Source: Pseudomonadota bacterium
GTDB taxonomy: Bacteria > Desulfobacterota > WTBG01 > JAPLJA01
Direction: 5' to 3'
DNA length: 64,000 bases
NCBI GenBank assembly: GCA_026388815.1
Contig: JAPLJA010000033.1
Coordinates: forward strand, 4,901-68,900
Shown: piece after piece, positions 59,074 to 64,000 of the stretch
Position numbering within the stretch: position 1 is the stretch's first letter
Layout of the letters: the number at the start of each line of letters is the position of its first letter
Made by a program: the position numbers and the translations under genes
Notes under the pieces: generated by a model
The model's database searches: none
What the model saw: the letters and a program-made list of their open reading frames with translations, nothing else
Told to the model about the DNA's origin: nothing

Positions 59074-59460
59074 ATGCCACTGAGGCAAAAAATCTTCGTC
59101 ATCCTGATCAGCATTGCACTCATGATATTTATTGTTGAGCTTGTGCGCAGGCGGAAGCTCAGGGAGGAATACTCCTGGCTGTGGCTGCTCACCGGTGTCA
59201 TCATCCTGATCCTGGCAAGCTGGCATGACCTGCTCATATACGTAACTCAATTCATCGGGGCAGCCCTCCCTACCTCAACGCTTTTCTTCCTGGGCCTGGT
59301 CTTCCTGTTCCTGATAGCAGTCCAGTTTTCCACGAAGATTTCCAAGCTCACAGATCAGGTCAAGAACCTTGCCCAGGAGAACGCCCTGCTGAAGTCGAGG
59401 ATTGAGAAGATGGAGGGAAACAAGGAGAAAGGGATTGAAGAGCGACAAGAAAAAGATTAG
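59074..59460 (+). CDS. DUF2304 membrane protein
   Basis: IVELVRRRKLREEYSWLW...S.KISKL...VKNLAQE.ALL. Confidence 0.88.
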   Translation: MPLRQKIFVILISIALMIFIVELVRRRKLREEYSWLWLLTGVIILILASWHDLLIYVTQFIGAALPTSTLFFLGLVFLFLIAVQFSTKISKLTDQVKNLAQENALLKSRIEKMEGNKEKGIEERQEKD

Positions 59461-59551
59461 CTTTCAGCTCTCAGCTTAATTTATTAATTAGTAAGGCTGA
59501 TAGCTGATCGCTGATAGCTGACAGCTTTTCAATGGCTGAAAGCTGACAGCT
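59459..59551. repeat. Inverted heptamer arms (TCAGCT.../...AGCTGA) around an AT-rich loop
   Basis: agctttcagctctcagct - taatttattaattag - gctgatagctgatcgctgatagctgacagct ... gctgaaagctgacagct. Confidence 0.85.
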
Positions 59552-59567
59552 ATATCAAGGAGACATA

Positions 59568-60989
59568 ATGGAAAAGAGACTAAGCAAGAAGCAGATGAAG
59601 CATCTGAGGGAGAGCTATCAGTTCAAATCTGACGAGGAACTTGCCAAGGAATGGCAGACGGATAGCGATACGATCCAGAAGGCGTTGAAGACCATGGGCC
59701 TGAGGAGGACGAAGGCTGAGCAAAAGCAGGTTGTCCGTATTGCTGAGGCAGATGCCAGGAGGGAAATAAGGGTCGAGGCAGGCAGGGAATGGCTCTGGAC
59801 TCTTCTCTCTGTTTTCTCGATTATCATCCTCGGTGCCATAGTGTATTCAAATACCCTCAACGCTTCCTGGCATTTCGATGACTCGGTTGTTGTCACAGAG
59901 AACTGGGGATTGCGTGACCTCAGGGGGAATTTTAATACTATTTTTTCAGCAAATCGCAGTGTTGGTTTCTTTACGTTTGCCCTGAATTATTATTTCAATA
60001 AATTGAACGTTACAGGCTACCATGTGGTCAATATTTTCATTCATATTGCAAATGCTTTGTTCGTTTATTCCCTGATCATGCTCACCTTGAAAACGCCAGC
60101 AATGGTTAAGAGCAGGCTTGCAAATCATGCACGTTTTTTAGCCCTCGCATCTGGCCTCATCTTCGTCTCGCACCCCATTCAAACCCAGGCAGTTACGTAC
60201 ATTGCCCAAAGGTTTACCTCACTTGCTACATTCTTTTATCTCCTCTCTCTTCTTCTCTTCGTGAAGGCTCGATTAACTTTCCTTCAGGGAAAGAGCTTTT
60301 TTTCTCCTCTTCACTGCATCTGTTACTGCTTTTCATTATTGTCTGCCTTCCTTGCCATGCATACAAAGGAGATTACCTTCACCTTACCATTTATCATTAT
60401 CCTTTATGAATTGTTCTTCATTGACTCCACCTTGAAATCATGGGGGAAAAGGTTCCTGTATCTTTTACCGTTTATCCTCATGCTTGCAATCATCCCAAGC
60501 ACCGCCTTAAAGCTCTCGGCGGGAGACAAGCCCATCGGAGACATAATCGGTGAGATCCGGGAACAGGTTCAGGAGACGCCCCTTATATCCCGTGGTGATT
60601 ACCTCTTAACCCAGTTCAATGTCATTGTTACGTATATCCGGCTTCTCTTGCTGCCCATGAATCAAAACCTTGATTATGATTATCCTATTGCCCGGAAACT
60701 TTTTCAGTTCCCGACTTTTCTTTCCTTTATGTTCCTCCTTGCCCTGTTCATCGTGGCCATCTATCTCTTTTTTAAAAAGCGCCGCCTCATCTCCTTTGCC
60801 ATACTCTGGTTTTTTATAACCCTCTCAGTTGAATCGAGCATCATCCCCATCCGTGACGTGATCTATGAGCACCGTGTCTATCTGCCCAGCGTGGGATTTG
60901 TAATCTTGATAGCGATTTTTCTCCATGAGTCGGGAGAGAGCTTTCGTCAGAGATTTTTACAGAAACCGCCTGTTGAGAAAAAACAATAG
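59568..60989 (+). CDS. TMTC-like GT-C glycosyltransferase membrane domain (TPRs encoded separately)
   Basis: YSNTL...WHFDD, YH..N..IH..N, HPIQTQAVTYI.QR, KE, YEHRVYLPSVG. Confidence 0.85.
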   Translation: MEKRLSKKQMKHLRESYQFKSDEELAKEWQTDSDTIQKALKTMGLRRTKAEQKQVVRIAEADARREIRVEAGREWLWTLLSVFSIIILGAIVYSNTLNASWHFDDSVVVTENWGLRDLRGNFNTIFSANRSVGFFTFALNYYFNKLNVTGYHVVNIFIHIANALFVYSLIMLTLKTPAMVKSRLANHARFLALASGLIFVSHPIQTQAVTYIAQRFTSLATFFYLLSLLLFVKARLTFLQGKSFFSPLHCICYCFSLLSAFLAMHTKEITFTLPFIIILYELFFIDSTLKSWGKRFLYLLPFILMLAIIPSTALKLSAGDKPIGDIIGEIREQVQETPLISRGDYLLTQFNVIVTYIRLLLLPMNQNLDYDYPIARKLFQFPTFLSFMFLLALFIVAIYLFFKKRRLISFAILWFFITLSVESSIIPIRDVIYEHRVYLPSVGFVILIAIFLHESGESFRQRFLQKPPVEKKQ

Positions 60990-61009
60990 GGATCATCAAC
61001 TCTTCCTGG

Positions 61010-61834
61010 ATGGATAGGATTACATTTTTGCTTCTCCTGTTTTTCATTTTCTCCCTTTCTTCCACCACGTTTAAGAGAAATTATTGCTGGGTCAGCGAAT
61101 CACATTTTGTTGAAGACATCATGAGGAAAGCGCCAGGAAAGGCAAGAACTCACCTCATCGGAGGAGTATACTATTTCAAAAAGGAAAGATATGAAGAAGC
61201 ACAAAAAGAATATCAGAAGGCCATTGAACTTAATCCCTTTTATCCTGAGGTGCACAATAACATGGGAAATTACTTTTTCATAAAAGGAGAATATGACAGG
61301 GCATTGGCTGAGTATCAGAAGGCTCTATCCCTGAATCCTTCTCTTTCCTGGGCACACTATAATATGGGGCATGTACTCCTGCAGAAAGGACGGTATGCAG
61401 AAGCAATTGCAGAACTTAAAAAATCAGGAGGTCCATCTGGTCTCCTCCCCCCGGATGCTTATTTTGATTTAGGTCTTGCCTATAAGATGACGGGTCAAAT
61501 CGGCCAGGCTATCAGTCACTATCAGGAGACCATAAGGCTTGATCCTACCATGGTCAGGGCCTACACAAACCTTGGGAATCTTTATAACAGGAAGGGTCTT
61601 CTTGATCGGGCTGTTGAAACATACGAGGAAGGATTGAAGCTTGATCCTCGCAATACTCTCCTCCTTGCCAATTTAGGTCAGACGCTGAGCCAGAAAGGAG
61701 AGTATGACAGGGCAATAGAAGTGTTGGCAACGGCATTAAAAATCAGGGGAGATCTCTCTTTTGCCCGGGATAATCTGGAGACGACACTAAAAGCAAAGAA
61801 CAATAAGCAAAGAGCGCAGAGTAACAAGCCATGA
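61010..61834 (+). CDS. TM + TPR module 1 (TMTC C-terminal half)
   Basis: TM helix, then KRNYCW...KAPGKAR and several TPRs; frame open from 60977, no clear SD. Confidence 0.82.
   Translation: MDRITFLLLLFFIFSLSSTTFKRNYCWVSESHFVEDIMRKAPGKARTHLIGGVYYFKKERYEEAQKEYQKAIELNPFYPEVHNNMGNYFFIKGEYDRALAEYQKALSLNPSLSWAHYNMGHVLLQKGRYAEAIAELKKSGGPSGLLPPDAYFDLGLAYKMTGQIGQAISHYQETIRLDPTMVRAYTNLGNLYNRKGLLDRAVETYEEGLKLDPRNTLLLANLGQTLSQKGEYDRAIEVLATALKIRGDLSFARDNLETTLKAKNNKQRAQSNKP
61792..61833 (+). repeat. Degenerate heptamer array (AGCAAAG type) at a CDS 3' end
   Basis: agcaaag aacaata agcaaag agcgcag agtaaca agccatg. Confidence 0.55.
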
Positions 61835-61877
61835 GGCACGAACAGATAGCAGGGACTCCAGAGTACGGAGTGGGTAA

Positions 61878-62774
61878 TTGAATCGCATGATGCGCCTTTT
61901 TTTCTTATCTCTCGTTATTCTCTCCTACGTAGTGGGAACTGCTTCGCGCAATCGTGTCTGGAGCAATGATGTAACCCTCTGGAATGACTGTATTGAAAAG
62001 AACAAGGCCAAGGCCAGATACAAGGCCAGACCCTATCGTATTTATGCAGACAGCCTGAAAAGGGAAAATAATTTTGATAATGCAATTAAATTTTATCGGG
62101 AGGCTATGAAGTTCGATCCAAAGTCACCTTTGACCTACAACAATTTAGGAGTGATATTAGAAACACAAGGAAGTCTAACTCAAGCCGAATTGTTGTACCG
62201 GCAGGCGCTGACTATCTGGCCGTATTACCCAGATGCGCTCAACAATCTGGGTAACATCTTCATGAAACGGGGTGTGCTTGACCAGGCCATAGACTATTTC
62301 ACCCTGGCGGTAAAGCTAAAGCAGGATCCGGATTACTGCTACAACCTCGGCAGTGCTTACCAGCGCAAGGAGCAGTGGGACAAGGCCATAATCTGGATTC
62401 AAGAGGCTCTGAAGCTAAAGGATGACCTGGAGTATGCCCACAACAACCTCGGGGTCAGCTACTGGAGGAAGGGACTCTACGAGCAGGCACTGGCAGAATT
62501 TAGAAGGGCTCTGGAGATCAAACCTGATTTTTTCGATGCCCATGCCAATCTGGGGCTCCTCTACTACAGCGGGTATAAGGATAATACTCAGGCACTCTTT
62601 CACCTTACCCGTGCCCTAACCATTGCACCCGCTCATCCCCAGGCTGGAATGATCAAGGGGGTGGTGGAAGAAATACAGAGGAAGGGTCAAAGGGTAGCTT
62701 TCAGCTATCAGCGGGATAAAAAAAGCGGTCAGCGGTCAGCTTTCAGCCTCACGATTGAGAAAGATACAGTATGA
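61878..62774 (+). CDS. TM + TPR module 2 (TMTC C-terminal half)
   Basis: TM, SRNRVWSNDVTLWND, TPRs (YNNLG, ALNNLG, AHNNLG); the tail is repeat-derived. Confidence 0.85.
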   Translation: MNRMMRLFFLSLVILSYVVGTASRNRVWSNDVTLWNDCIEKNKAKARYKARPYRIYADSLKRENNFDNAIKFYREAMKFDPKSPLTYNNLGVILETQGSLTQAELLYRQALTIWPYYPDALNNLGNIFMKRGVLDQAIDYFTLAVKLKQDPDYCYNLGSAYQRKEQWDKAIIWIQEALKLKDDLEYAHNNLGVSYWRKGLYEQALAEFRRALEIKPDFFDAHANLGLLYYSGYKDNTQALFHLTRALTIAPAHPQAGMIKGVVEEIQRKGQRVAFSYQRDKKSGQRSAFSLTIEKDTV

Positions 62775-62990
62775 AGGATTTTAAAAAGTTAAGCGTGTGG
62801 CATAAAAGCCACCAATTGACATTGGCTGTTTATAATTAAAGCTGAGAGCTGAATGCTGAAAGCTAAACGCTATTTAATAATTAAGCTGAGAGCTGAAAGC
62901 TGACCGCTGACAGCTATTAACCTGAGAGCTGAGCACTTACAGCTTAATCATAATTAAAGCTGAAAGCTGACCGCTGAAAGCTGATAGCTA
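62696..62990. repeat. Inverted heptamer arms (TCAGC left, GCTGA right) enclosing a four-helix-bundle stump
   Basis: Left arms at 62696-62712 and 62724-62747; four right-arm blocks at 62840-62990 separated by AT-rich spacers. Confidence 0.88.
62771..62839 (+). pseudogene. Truncated four-helix-bundle gene
   Basis: Translates to MKDFKKLSVWHKSHQLTLAVYN-stop, the typical N-terminus of this family. Confidence 0.8.
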
Positions 62991-63006
62991 AACACCGAGC
63001 GCTAAT

Positions 63007-63924
63007 ATGGTTGCACGACTAAATTTAATGATGATTGTTCTCGCAGTCTCACTGTTGTCATTTTCCCGTAACGCTATATGGAGAGATGATCTTTCCCTCT
63101 GGTCAAACGTGGTAAAGGGCAGTCCAACAAAGGCCCGCGGGTACAATATGCAGGGTGTATCGTATATGGATAAGATTCGCTATAAAGAAGCATTATCCTG
63201 TTTTTATCATGCGCTCAAACTCCAACCCTCCAAGCCTCAGACCCTGGTGAACCTGAGCAGGTACCATATCCTCCATGGCCTATACGAAGAGGCGATGAGG
63301 GAATGTCGAGAAGCCCTTGCGGTGATGCCTGATAATTGGGGGGCACATCTAAATCTCGGTGTCGCCTATTTCCGGCAAGGTTACGTAGATGAGGCAATAA
63401 GTGAGTATCAGAATATCCTGAAGAGCGAATCAACCTTTTATAAGGCTTTGAACAATCTTGGTCTCGCCTATCAAAAGAAAGGAGCGTTAAAGGAAGCATC
63501 TGTTTGCATTCGTGAGGCAATCAGAATAAATCCAGATTATCCTGAAGCCTATTTCAACCTGGGGGAAGTGTTACATGCCATGGGACAGGTAGATGAAGCA
63601 CTCCTTAAGTATGAGCGGGCAGTTGCATTAAGTCCTGACTACTGGGAGGCAGGCTACAACCTCGCAAACCTCTATGCAGAAAAGAAGGATTATACGAGGG
63701 CAGTGGAGGCCTATAAAAAAGTTCTAAGCATAAATCCAGCTTTTTCTCCAGCCTGGAACAATCTGGGTAATATATATTTTATGACCGACCGGATTAAGGA
63801 AGCCAAAGACAGTTATGCAAAGGCGCTCCGGTATGATCCGGGCAATGTGCAGGCGAGGAACAATCTGGAGATGGTGATGCGGGGAAGACAGAATTCAGAA
63901 GTCAGGAGTCAGAATTCAGAATGA
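63007..63924 (+). CDS. TM + TPR module 3 (TMTC C-terminal half)
   Basis: TM, SRNAIWRDDLSLWSNVVKGSPTKAR, multiple TPRs; tail QNSEVRSQNSE is repeat-derived. Confidence 0.87.
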   Translation: MVARLNLMMIVLAVSLLSFSRNAIWRDDLSLWSNVVKGSPTKARGYNMQGVSYMDKIRYKEALSCFYHALKLQPSKPQTLVNLSRYHILHGLYEEAMRECREALAVMPDNWGAHLNLGVAYFRQGYVDEAISEYQNILKSESTFYKALNNLGLAYQKKGALKEASVCIREAIRINPDYPEAYFNLGEVLHAMGQVDEALLKYERAVALSPDYWEAGYNLANLYAEKKDYTRAVEAYKKVLSINPAFSPAWNNLGNIYFMTDRIKEAKDSYAKALRYDPGNVQARNNLEMVMRGRQNSEVRSQNSE

Positions 63925-64000
63925 AGACAGAAGGCGAAGAACAGAATACAGCAATGAGCAATCAGCATTCAGCTATCAGCGGTCAGCAACCCGAAACCCG
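63889..64000 (+). repeat. Composite heptamer arrays (CAGAATT, TCAGCNN, AACCCGA)
   Basis: cagaattcagaagtcaggagtcagaattcagaat ... gcaatcagcattcagctatcagcggtcagc aacccga aacccg. Confidence 0.8.
63921..64000 (+). CDS. Possible start of the next gene (runs off the window)
   Basis: ATGA overlap with the module 3 stop; frame open to the end (MKTEGEEQNTAMSNQHSAISGQQPET). Confidence 0.35.
   Translation, partial: MKTEGEEQNTAMSNQHSAISGQQPET

Noticed and set aside
62009-62032. 12-bp tandem duplication giving KARYKARP
   Set aside because: A small in-frame slippage duplication with no evidence of wider significance.
1-64000. tRNA, rRNA, riboswitch (including cobalamin), transposase or integrase genes
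   Set aside because: None were recognised by eye; covariance-model searches would be needed to exclude small RNAs.

Overview
The window is mostly one plus-strand surface-glycan biosynthesis and tailoring locus. A deltaproteobacterial (Desulfobacterota-like) origin is inferred from gene style only. 1-4.6 kb: end of a sugar-nucleotide operon (split CapF/FnlB-like pair, GT2, SPASM radical SAM). 4.7-9.4 kb: two minus-strand paralogous membrane-anchored proteins with ferrochelatase-like motifs. They flank a DinJ-YafQ toxin-antitoxin pair that looks like an orphan integron cassette with a degenerate 58-bp attC. 9.5-55.5 kb: a MarR/EPS-type regulator with a clear promoter and operator, then a mosaic block. 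It holds 2 NeuB, 3 cytidylyltransferases, 3 intact DegT aminotransferases, a PglK-like ABC flippase, 4 B12-dependent and 4 more SPASM radical SAM enzymes, 6 methyltransferases, carbamoyl-, formyl- and sulfotransferases, and several gene stumps. 55.7-64 kb: a GT-C / DPM1-like / DUF2304 / TMTC-like glycosylation module. The two strongest leads are: (1) four-helix-bundle (IVP/Avd-like) genes in the loop of short-period inverted-repeat arms, seen as full, truncated and empty copies, with related repeats in frame inside host genes; (2) a TMTC-like glycosyltransferase membrane domain followed by three tandem TM+TPR C-terminal modules, the first reachable by a -1 shift across an A6 run. All calls come from motif recognition by eye; no searches were run.
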